A stretch of DNA of 64,000 nt from Balanoglossus misakiensis (Eukaryota; Animalia; Hemichordata): NCBI GenBank assembly GCA_040954595.2, contig CM082579.2, forward strand, positions 1,873,908-1,937,907, given 5' to 3'. Positions 37,501 to 49,000 of the stretch are shown here, piece after piece. The translations under genes were made by a program, and so were the position numbers. The notes under the pieces are model-generated. The model did not search any database. It saw only the letters and a program-made list of their open reading frames with translations, and had not been told where the DNA came from. Position 1 is the first letter of the stretch, and each line of letters starts with the position of its first letter.

Positions 37501-40500
37501 TGCATGTTACAGATGTTATGAAGCAGATTGTGTTACAAGCAAATTTGAGCAGATATTGTGTAATTAAAATGCTGCTGGATAATAGTCAGGAATACATAAA
37601 TATCTGTCAATCTCATTCAGCGATACATTTACCAACACACTGGTACTTCAAGACAAATGAACACTGGCTTTTTGAACTCAAGCAGCAGTACACTCACTAC
37701 ATGTACTGCTGCTGTTATATGACACACAACTTTCCAAACCAACGACAGCAGTGAAGATTACCAGAAGTTAAACGATTATAGGCGTAAAAGAGCATGTGCT
37801 TACCAGATGTCTACTGCCAGTACTACGCGGAGATGGTGAGCTCTCAACTGCACTGCCACCGCTTGTGTGATCATCACTGCTCCCGTGACTGAACAATTGT
37901 TTAACAGGTGTACTGTGTGTGTGGGGAAGCATAACATTTTGTAAGTTGCCACTGTTTTTAACACTAGGTGTTCACATAGGTGTACTTGGAGCATCAAAGC
38001 AATACTGCATTAGGGACGCCAGAGTAACACATGACTGGGCCACCACAATTTAAAAGGGATAATGATTTATTCTGAGCGATGTGAAATAAGGAAAGGCGGT
38101 CATCCAACTGTGCCATAACCAGAGTAGGCCTACTTTTACCTGAACTTCGCAGTTTCCTCATCAGCTGGGTCCAGTTTTCTGATTTTGGCTGCACTTTCCT
38201 CATCCTCATTACTGTCCTCAGTCCTGACCTCAGCTGCAGCAGATTCTGCCTGTAAGCTGCTCCCACTGAGGGCTGGTGAATCATGTGGTTGTACGACCGC
38301 TGCATCTGAGACAGTTTCCTCCTCTGTGTAATGATAAGACACAAATGAATATACATAGAAAATAAAATGTTACGGACAGGCAGTGCCTACACAAGAATCC
38401 CTTGCACTTGTAGATAACTGACCTCACTATCATACTATCATCAATCAATCATTGAAAACAGTGTTTGGAATCACAGGATCAAAAGGCTTACAGTACTAGC
38501 CATCATATGTAGTACATATACTCAGAATAAGCAACAAGACAGACACCAGGATTGATTTTTTTTTACCTGAAACCTGTAGTTGCTGTGATTTACTTTGTGC
38601 ACTTGGTTCAAGACTATCTTCGAAGAGTTCCATAGTATCATTTTGATCGCACACAACCACTTCAACTTTCTCTGGATCTGAGCGACGGATTTTCCTCCTT
38701 GGGCTGCTTTCATCATCGGCCTAACAAAATAAAATTCATTAATAAAGTAAATTCACAAAGAAATTTTCTAGAAATCCTCACATTGACTCGAGCCTTTTGT
38801 TAGAGGGCACATTGGTTGTTTCATTACCAGGACTTTGCCAAAACACAGAATATAACCTTTACAGGGAATGAACGATTGCTTACCTCATTATCAGTAGCTT
38901 TCATCTCCTCTTTGTTACAGATTATTGACCTTGACTTTCTGTAACTTCTAGACCTGATACTTGCTACACTGGACCTCTTCTTACTCAGTTTCTTGCCCTT
39001 CCTTTGTTTGGTTCTGAGAACATAAAAATCAAAATCTGTTACAACAGTTCATTGTATGTTATGGTACTGCAATTTGGTACTTGTTGGGCATTTTAAGCAA
39101 AAATAAAATACTCCATTACTGTTGAAAGCTAAACAACAGTAACTTGACAAATACCTGATTGCTCTGTTGGGACGCTTTTGCTGTCCGCTACTCTCATCAT
39201 CTTCAGACTTGGAATTGGCAACCGACATGGTCCTGGAACGCAGCTGTCTCCTGATCGGCTCAACAACCAGGCTGTCCTCCTCCATGTCCAGGGGAACCGC
39301 ATCTTCCAAACTGTCTTCATAGCTCTCTTCCTTCTGTTCGCTGCCTTCCTGGGTGACGCCATCGGTGTTTGATTCTGAAGTGGGTTTATTTTCCTCCTGG
39401 GATTTGCCGCTGGTGTCTTCTTCACACGACTCCACAGGATGGACTTCCTCTTGACTTACAGAACTTCCCTCATCCTGAGACGAACTGCTGGACACGACGG
39501 CTTGGGAAGTGCCCTTCTCTGCCTCTTGTGGCTCCTCTGTAGTGATACTATCAGCAACATTCTCTTCTTTGCCACTGCCACCATCTAAGTCCGATACACT
39601 ATCACTGGTGCTGCTCATTTTTGCCAATTCTGTACTTGAATGTTCATCTTCATTAGATTCAACAGCAGAAGCCACTGTATTTTTACTTTCATCTGATGAC
39701 ACAGGGGGAAATAATTTGCCATCGTGACCAGCATTATCCTCTGGCTTTTCCACGACTGGTTCCATGCACCCTTTCTTTCCACCGGCCAACCGTAAACGCT
39801 TCGGTGGTGTGCGCTCGTCTTCGGAGGAACTTGCAACAATGAAGTCTTCGTGGACATGTATCAGCTGTTTGACCTTACTGGGATGTATGACATGTCTAAG
39901 TTCAACCTTGGGATCCCACTTGGCCTTGACAGAAGCAGTATCCTCAGTAACATCTGGGGTCTTTACAGGAGCACTTGTTGACTCGGCCTCCACGCTCTGG
40001 TTTTGCTTTGCTTCTGTCACATTGCGCGCAGACCCCAATCTGCTTCTCTGCAATGCCGTCCGTGAAGCAGTTCTTGTCATCCTCGTCATTCTGGGTGGCG
40101 TGTTTGCTTGCTGCTCACCGTCAAGTTGTCTTTTCATCCGAAGTGCCGCTGCTCGGGATGCCCCTCTTCTGGTTTTCCGTGTCTCAGCTGGAGACGTGGA
40201 AGCAGTTGGTGCTTCACTCGCCTTGTCCTGCAACTCTCCGACTTCTTGAATTTTTCCCTCTTTCTCTGGTGACTGATTCTGGCCATCTTCCACTGATGCT
40301 TCCTCTGTTCCCGTTTCCTGAATTCGAACCCCCTTCTTCCGCTTTCCTTTTGACTGTTTCCTGCTTGTCTTGAAATCGTCATCTTCGTCAACCTCTTCCT
40401 CGACTAGTGGGACTAAGACCGACCTCCTGACACTACTTCTCCTCAAGGATAGACTTTGAGATCTGCAGTGTGATAAATAACAGTTGGGAGATTGGAAAGA

Positions 40501-41057
40501 ACACAACAGCAGTTTTATGCAAACTGATAATACCGAAAATCTCAAAAGAGAAATGAGCTTATCTGTTTAACCTTCTGAAATTGAAAATTTCAGAATAGAA
40601 CATACCTTCTTTTTTTAGACAAAGGAATATTTTCTTCAGTGTCTTTTCTGCCCCGAAGTCGCTTTCTCCTGTTCTTAGCAGATGGAGTCTTTGGAAGCAA
40701 CTCTGGTTGTTTAGTCCTGTCAGAAAGAAGAAAAAATAAATAATTTACAAAATTTCAAACTTAAGTTTGCCGTTGTCCGTTCAAAATATTACAACCAGTA
40801 GTTGATAATGTTTCAGTCAGAAGAAAATAAAAATGCATAATAATAAAAGCATTGCCTAGAATGAGCATCTTTGCTCCTTCAACAGTAACCTACCTTTGAA
40901 ACGATGTCTTGGCAACTTCCAGAATTTCTTCCAACCATTTCATGTGATCATTTTCAAAGGAATACAGAAATTCACTTATTCTCCTTGATGTGGCTTGGTG
41001 AAGGGCAAAGCCTGGATCTACATGTATGGAATTGTGGCCTTTATCTGTGGGAGGCAT
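34503..41057 (-). CDS. INCENP: Inner centromere protein (chromosomal passenger complex scaffold), multi-exon
   Basis: N-terminal helix EFLYSFENDHMKWLEEILEVAK followed by PELLPKTPS. PxVxL motif PKVEL at 39912-39898 within a long acidic, disordered exon. E/K/R-rich single-alpha-helix exons at ~35500-36900. C-terminal IN-box NYDIGDLGSGDSTDDEDAPRKKIPKWAQG...RFFKRTSSAVWDSP. ATG at 41057 with an in-frame stop upstream; TAG at 34505-34503. Confidence 0.95.
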
Positions 41058-41870
41058 TGCTGCAACTGTCTTGTATTCGGCAGATGACAATTAAAGCAAT
41101 CACGCGGTTAGATTATACAGGTCAATAAGTACTCCATGGGTTTCTAAATGTACCAGATAACCTGCCTGTGTGTGTCACAGTTTGACAACACCTGCAAAAT
41201 AATATGAAAGCATTATTATTGTGAGAACATTGTAATTAAATTTATGGGAACGCCCTTTTAAAATCAGAGTACAACATACATGTAAAATGTACAGCGATCA
41301 TTGTTTGAGATAGTGAAAACAATTAAAATTGTTACTTTAATGAAAGACCCTGCTTTAGTAAAAGACTACAGCTAGAGTGTATCATTTATATGATATGTAC
41401 ATGTATGTAAATCAAGTTGCTATCGCAGTATGTAAATGTACTGTGATTCCTGTGCCTGTGTATGTTGTGCTTACACGACACTACAATGTACAGGACTCAT
41501 ACACCCTGAAATTTGATCGCGAAGGAGTATTTTCCCTGAAATCGAAATTGAAATTTATATCGTACCTGGATAAAACAACATTCACGGGTAAATTCGATAC
41601 GAAGATTAACAAGAACACTGGGTTCGAAGAGAAAAAAATAAAGCAGGCTCCATTTGTACGCATAATGATCAGAACACTGACACTGTGCAGAGACCTTGTG
41701 GTCGATATAAACTTACCTCGATCATTCAAGGTTTCCGCGAACTTTCAAAACTCCGACGCGTCAATTCAGAAAACTTAATTACTTGATATAAATTATGAAA
41801 TCAATTGCTATCTCTGATGCAGAAGAACTACAGCTAAGATCAACAAAATGACGTCCCGTTGTACACGTTT

Positions 41871-41926
41871 TTCAAATTTGGTATCATCAAACTGACCAAT
41901 CAGAGTAGCGTATAAATATGACGTCA
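41871..41926 (-). promoter_or_regulatory. Putative INCENP core promoter (CHR-like TTTGAA, CCAAT box, CRE)
   Basis: TTTGAA on the minus strand at 41876-41871, CCAAT at 41896-41900 and TGACGTCA at 41919-41926. These lie upstream of a non-coding exon with a GTAAGT donor at 41716. Motif match only. Confidence 0.45.
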
Positions 41927-43083
41927 TCGAACAGCGCCGCCACTACTTCCTGATGGATTATCTTTTGTTTTCATTCGAGTAGGCCAGAACTCCATATTTG
42001 TCATGGCTTCCAATAAAATCGAACATAAGCACAAGTTGTATGGGAAAATGGTAAGGTTTTTTTAATTTCACTTTGTGACAACAAAATTTGACATCAAAGA
42101 AAAATGTAGAACACAATGAAAAAAAGAGACCCAATAAACGAAGTTGACTGATCACAAGCTAAAGATGGCCCCAGCAGTAAGTTGTCTGGCTGAACTTTAT
42201 TTCAGGCTTCCTTCTAAACCTGATTTGGTGGTAATGCTTTTATATACACTTTACCTCACATACATTTATACCTAGCTGTGATGCGTATCTGACAGATTAT
42301 ACATGAAATGGGTCACCACAAATACCATAAGACTCGTTTGAGGAAAAATATAAAAGGAAAACTTCTCTGATAACAGTACAACACAAAATCTTCAGTCAGC
42401 ACAAAATGCTCTCATGTTGCATATTTTCTTAGATTTCTAGTAGTTCTCCCCCGACAATTTTCACATTTACAGAAATGATTTCTCTCTTGCTGTACACATT
42501 TACTTTGCAAGATAATAACATATGAAAAACATGAACTTCAATGGAGGGTTGGACAGCTTGGCGACTTTAACTGGCAGAAAAGAATATGGTGCTACCTACG
42601 GTGAATTACAAAGCCCCCTTTATTTATGTCAGTAATGACTTTAACCAATGATGTATGTACGTTGCATGCAAGCATGGCACTGTTTACTTCTACACACAAA
42701 TAAAATAAAATTGTTAGAAAATACCATGAAAGCTCCAAATTTCATAATTTGTTGCAAAAAACACCATGATTTTGCATTTCATATAACAGTTCTCAGATTT
42801 ACAGATGAATGCCCGACTTCAAAGCACCGTTCTCTTTATCACATGGCTTTGTTTTGGTTACACAATCCCCCCAAAATGCCAAACTGTTTGACATAGTCAT
42901 CCAGTAATGTTATACCACTGAAAACGATAAAACCAATTGAAATATACAGAGACTTCATAAAGCTAGATAATTAAAACTATCAAAAAGAGTAATCAGCTTG
43001 TCTTCTTCCAAGATCTCCTATCAAAGGGGTCCAGCATCAATCTTCTATTCCTTGCATGGGCAGTAAATATGAATTTGCTACCA

Positions 43084-46000
43084 TCATCGACTCTTCTTAC
43101 GAGAACTAGAGCTGGGAAAAGAATTAAGGAAAATAACAGGAGAAAACATACCACATGGATGATGTCTATTAAATGGTTTATGCCAGGCCCAAACAAACAT
43201 GTAAAATCACTCTTCGAAAAATCACTGAAAAAAACAAGATGTGATGCAACATGCAATCTAGAAGAGGTCAATCTTGATCACTTTAACACATCCACATTCA
43301 TTCATTATTCAAAGGATACTGTCTGTCTTCTCTCGTCTCCCGGCCTTTGTCTCGGTCTCTCTCTCGATCCGAATCCCGCGAAACATCTCTCTCTTTGCCT
43401 TTACTCTTAGATTCCTTCACTTCCTTCCCCTCCTTGGATTCCTACAAAAATATCAAACCACTCTTTGGTTAAATTTATTGGCAATTCCACTTCCATGACA
43501 CAGTTAACTGCAATGATGCAGAAGACAAAAACTGATGGTGCACACATTGAAAGTGTGACTTCACCTCTGCGCTACAACATACATGATCCACAAGCACTCA
43601 CCTTTTTACTGTCACCTGACTTGGCTATTTTAACCGTCTTTACTTTGGTTTTCTCTTTATCCTTCTCTCTATCTTTGGACTTCTCCTTGTCCCGGTCTTT
43701 GTCCTTGACTTTCTCCCTTTCTCTGTCCCTCTCTCTGTCTTTGTCTTTTTCTCGGTGACCATCTCTGTCTCGCTCCCTCTCCTTCTCCTTGTCCGAGTCC
43801 TTCTCCCGACCTTCACCTCCAGTGCTGTATCTCTTACCGGAAGCTGTGTGAACAAAATTTGTGTAAGGGGTTATGGATAAGTTGGTTTTTGAATTGCCAT
43901 AACTCAAGTATTGTGGTTACTTTTCATTTTCCCAGAAAGTCAATCAACACACAGAACTACTTACTATCTTCCTCTTTCCTTCGTTTAGGTTCATGATCCC
44001 GATCCCCATCTCCATGATGTTCTCTCTTCTTGTCCACTTTCTTCTCCTTTTCCCGCTCTTTGCCATCTCGATCAGAGTGACGGTCTTTCTCTCGCTCCTT
44101 CCCGCCGTCTTTGTCCTTGGCGTGACTGCTGGAGCGTTCTTTGTCCTTTCCTCTTTCCTTCTCCCTGCTAGCACTTCTGTCTACTTTTCTGTCTTTGTCA
44201 TGATGGTTCTGATAACTCTGAAATCAGAAACGGCAACCTTCTGCTCTGATTTCATGTTGGTGTAAACAAGTTTTCCATGACTTAGAGATCGTTTAGAAAT
44301 CGTGAAAAGCCTTGAGTGTCGATATATGAAAAAGTCAAAGATTTTCTCGTTGAATTACCTTGCTGTTACTATCTTTGCTTCCACTAGACTCGTGTCTATC
44401 CTGTTGTAAGATCAAGAAAAATCAGAGTTTTGTTTTTTTGGAGGGTGAAAAACAACATCTTGCATCTTGTGAACATGTGTGTGTGTGCATGCGAAGACAG
44501 CACCCTCCTTCCACCGCCACAAGTAGAGACTCAAAGTTAACAAACAGCGGAGAACAGCTCTGACACCTGTCAATAATGTGTATGCTAAAAATCCAATCTG
44601 CTTTATACAACAATAAATATGTATGAGATTTTGTCTGCAGAGCAAATGCAATGGACTGAAGTTTTTGATAGTTGTATAAGTAGAACACTTAGTTCATATG
44701 TTAAGATATTGGGACAGATACTGAATTTGTAATGAGCAAAATATTCTTGGAATGGTCTCCAAGTTTCCAGTCTTTCACATTTTGGGCAATTGGAAGAAAT
44801 CACATGAATCAACATTTATCAGAATTAACTGGCGTGGATATATCAGATCTCTAATTGTGCAGATGCTACAATGTAAATATGAAAACAACTTCATGACAAT
44901 TATCATTTACGGAGATCTGTTCCGAGAAAATGCCCAGTTCCAGGCAGTAATTCCTGTAAGAAAACACAGGCTGTTATCCTGAAAGAAAAATTACAATTTA
45001 GAAGATTCTGCAGACATTGATTTTCTGTAATGTGTTCATCATTCCATCAGCAAAGACGTCGGGGGTGAAACAAAAGTATAGTCGAACATCTGAAAGAGGA
45101 CTAACTTGGTTATGTCAATCAAAGAAAATTTCCTTGCATATCATGGGCTGATCTAACCAGTTTTTGAATCAGTGATTTGATTTATATAATCTTCAGACTG
45201 AGTGTGGGGGTAAAAAAATACTGATCTCTTTTCAATGACTTTATTTCTTTTTGAGTTCAATTTTCCTGGCAAACAGTAAATTCCTTAGGGCAGAGTGATG
45301 GATATTATGAAATATGAAAAATAATTTACACTTATGGAAGTGTTTGGATTTTCATCAGATTATCAATGACATCATTGTGTGTGACATAAAATGGTATGAA
45401 GATAGCAAAAAAAAGTTTAGTACCTGAGTGTTTGGACAATACCTACCTTAGCACTGGTTTCAAAATCTACTAAAATGTTGAGAAAGAGGTGGAGATCCTT
45501 GACTGCGCACCCACTGAAGGAGATGTGGTGGGAGTTACACCAAACCTGCCAACCATCAACCAACCGACCGACCCTCTGTCTCCCCTCTCTCCCTCCTCCT
45601 CTCTTTCTCTCATCAATTTCTCTCTTTCTCTTTCTTGCCCTCTTGCGTCGGGGCTGCGAATACTCACACACTGTTGGGCCGGACTACTCTTTTTTCGCTT
45701 TTCTACTGGATTACCTATGATGAGACCTTGGAAGATACCATGCTGTGTTTACCCCTCCTGCAACCTATGCTGCCGTCCCTGCTGCCAAGTGACTGATTCC
45801 CGCTGCACCATATTTCTTTGAAGACTCCACCACCAAGTATGCGCCTGCCAGTCGGAGATTCCATTCCTCTCCTCGGGGGCCGTGGGGTCCAACCACTCCA
45901 CTGAAGTTGTAGTCTACGATGATTTGTCACGATGATTGGATTCTCTTCTGTCAGACTAATGACAGGGTTTACAATTTCGTTTAGACTTACGTTTTTACAC

Positions 46001-49000
46001 ACTACTACTAACCTTTCCAGCAGACGATGATGGGGATGACATATTTCCCTCCAATTTCCGCCGCTTAACTTCTGAAATTAAAAAAAAAAAAAGATAAAGT
46101 TACAGCATCACTGAAAATGGTCTTGATCAGGCACCTTTAGAATTAACTTATGACAAATAGATTTTCTCTTTCTAATTTAATAATAGTCACACCAATACTC
46201 TTGATATATATAGACTATGTACATCACTCACCCCTCTCATGTTCATCTCTTCTTGGAGACTGGTCTGGTTTTCTGGTCGATTTGCTGGAACCCTGACTAG
46301 ACGTTGATGTGTGACTACCTCCACGGGTATCTCTTTCCTTACTTGGACCACGACTATCGTAACTCTTCTCATCTTTGTCTCTCTTGTCTTTCTCATCTCG
46401 CTGACTCTTATCCTCTTTCCCGTGGTCTCTCTTTTCTCTGTCCTCTTTGCGTGATTTCTCCTTTTCACTTTTCTCGTTCTCCTTGTCTTCCCTGCTTTTT
46501 GATTTGTCTTTTTCGTCTCTGTGACCTCGTTCCTCTTTGCTCGCTTTGTCAGATTTACTGGTACTGAAATGGGCATGCACATAAACCTATCAGTACACTG
46601 GAATCACAAGCTGTTTTCACTGGAGGTCACAGGTCAAATAAGAGCCATTCCCATGATATACATATATGTCAGATTAGAATGAGAGAGACAGCCATTGGCT
46701 AACTTACCTCGATGACTTCTTCTCATTGGCTGTAGCCTGAGCACCTGCATTTGACCCTTTGCTGGAGGTCACACTTGTGGAACTGTTGCTTTTTGTGGTC
46801 TGGGCTTTGCCACCACCAGTCTTTGAACTGGATTCTTTTGTTTTTTCTAGATCACAACAAATAAAACGACTTGTCAGAAAGGCAGAAATCCTATGCACTG
46901 TTAAGGCAGATTGCAACTATTACCAACATCACTACATGAGAAATTATGCTGCATATTATATTCACTTAAGCCACATTTAGAACTCTAGATTCAATTAAGA
47001 GTAGTCATCCTACAAGCAACAAAGTCTTTATGTAGAGAGAATAGGCATTGCATAAAAGAAGACATTTAATCAACAACGTAATACCTTTCTTTGGGGTGAA
47101 AGGCTTCGCCTCTGGGTTAAGATTTGACGAAATACTAGCAGTACCTGTACTTGTTGAGTTTGTGGTTGCTGAGCCACTGCTGTTGCCATCTGCTTTACTG
47201 ATTGGTCCATTGGATTGACCGGTGACTTGCGTCTGAGACTGCGTCTTGGCCTGCAATACGGAGGTTTTCAGAAACATTAAATATTGAGTACAGATACATC
47301 TCTTACTGGTCAGGGCAGTGAAACTCACAGGGTGCCCGGGAACAACACAGAAATACAACATTTATTGACACTTACAGCTGCTTCTTTTTCGTCTTTGAGA
47401 TGAAACAGATTTTCCGGCATCATTGCCGATTTCTTGGCCTTCAGCTGACCAGAATAGCTGAAAGGAAAAACATGACAGTAATGTTGCAGACATGATTATT
47501 TCCAGCAATCAGTACATACAGTTCACTTCTTTCTATAAGTAAATACACAACAAAGTGATTTAAGAAATAAGTGAAAGATGGCAACTCACCCCATGGCTAA
47601 AGCGTAAATGTCCGGCCTCTTGTCTTTTTCTTCATGACGTATTTTGTCCACTCTCCTTTCCAGGGCTTGGCCAAAATTTTGCACCATTGGGTAGTAAGAC
47701 AGAATCTGTGAACAAAGTACATTGGGTACAATGTATATCTTGTTAGAGTCAAAAGAGTAAAAATTTGTAGGCTGTGCAAGATCGGATCAAAGCCCAACAT
47801 TTACTGGTCCAGGCCGGCCATCCTACCGGGGTAACTGAAAGCAGCTGGTCCACCTGCAGGTTCGTCTTTGAGAATTTGTTTATTTACCTTAGTTAGCACA
47901 ATCAAAGTATTCCTGATTTGCACATATTCCTGAGATTCCAAGCAGATCACAACAGCCTTGGTTATTTTGTATTGCCATTTGTGACAGACATGTCTGAAGT
48001 TTTCGTAGTCCAGCTGGTCTGCCTTGCTGCTGGATTCCATGTTACTGGCTCTGAGAACAGTCACAAAGCCTGGGTAGCTACCACATTCCTACAAGGGGTT
48101 CGAAACAGAAGATAAGAATGGGTTAGAAAAAAATTATACACAGACCAAACACTGTGTAATGTCTCTGCATTCAATGAGTTCAATGAATTTAACACCCACC
48201 TTCTCATAGATATGTTTCTCACTGTGCCACCTCATAACAGTCTCCAGCATTGCACAAAGGAATCGACCGTATCGACTTGCTTCATTTTCTGTACAGCTTG
48301 CAACTATATATGAAATATCTGAAAACACCTACAAACAAAGTTGACACAATCAATGTTAGTATATAAGGTAAGTTTTGAATTCCATCTACCATTTCACTAT
48401 CATCATTAAGTTTGGTGAAAAAAATCACAATTCTCAGGGGCAATCGGAATCACAGATACATGAACTAAACTTACCCTATCGTAACATAGGAGTGTGGAGA
48501 AGTTTGGTGTCTTGAGACTGTGTATGGTATGTACAAATTTCGCGCAATAAAAACTATCACTGGCAGTGAAACAGCATCTGGGAAACACACACAACTGTAA
48601 AAACTGAGTTATCGTATCATTCTTTGTTGACCCTGAAAATATAAAACAAAAATGGAACTCATTAGTATTCATTCCACATCAGTATTCATTGATTCAAAAG
48701 ATCTTTTAGTCACTATGCTTTCTCTGCAAGACTTTCCTTCTTTGGTTCAAAATCTTCGACAACAGTGACAAGTACAACACATCCACAACTTACTCGACTG
48801 AAACCAATTATCTTTCTCATGCTTGAACCTGGCCAGAACTCTTTGGCAATGTTCTTGCTGTTTCTTCTCTTCATCTTTCAACTTATCAATCAGTAGATTG
48901 TACTTCTCTTTCTCTTTCCTCCTTTTACTCGGTGCCTGCAAGAAAAATAAATATTAGATGATTTTGTTCAAAATATCAATCTCCAGCATCTTATAATATC

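Noticed and set aside
34503-41057. Functional link between INCENP and the adjacent centromere-like satellite
   Set aside because: INCENP acts in trans. Nothing in the sequence supports more than coincidence.
44940-45045. Intronic C/D-box snoRNA (ATGATGA on the minus strand)
   Set aside because: No D box (CTGA) or terminal stem at a suitable distance.
35832-46567. Hydrophobic Leu/Ser/Phe-rich ORFs on the + strand
   Set aside because: They are antisense shadows of the E/K/R/D-rich exons of INCENP and THOC2.
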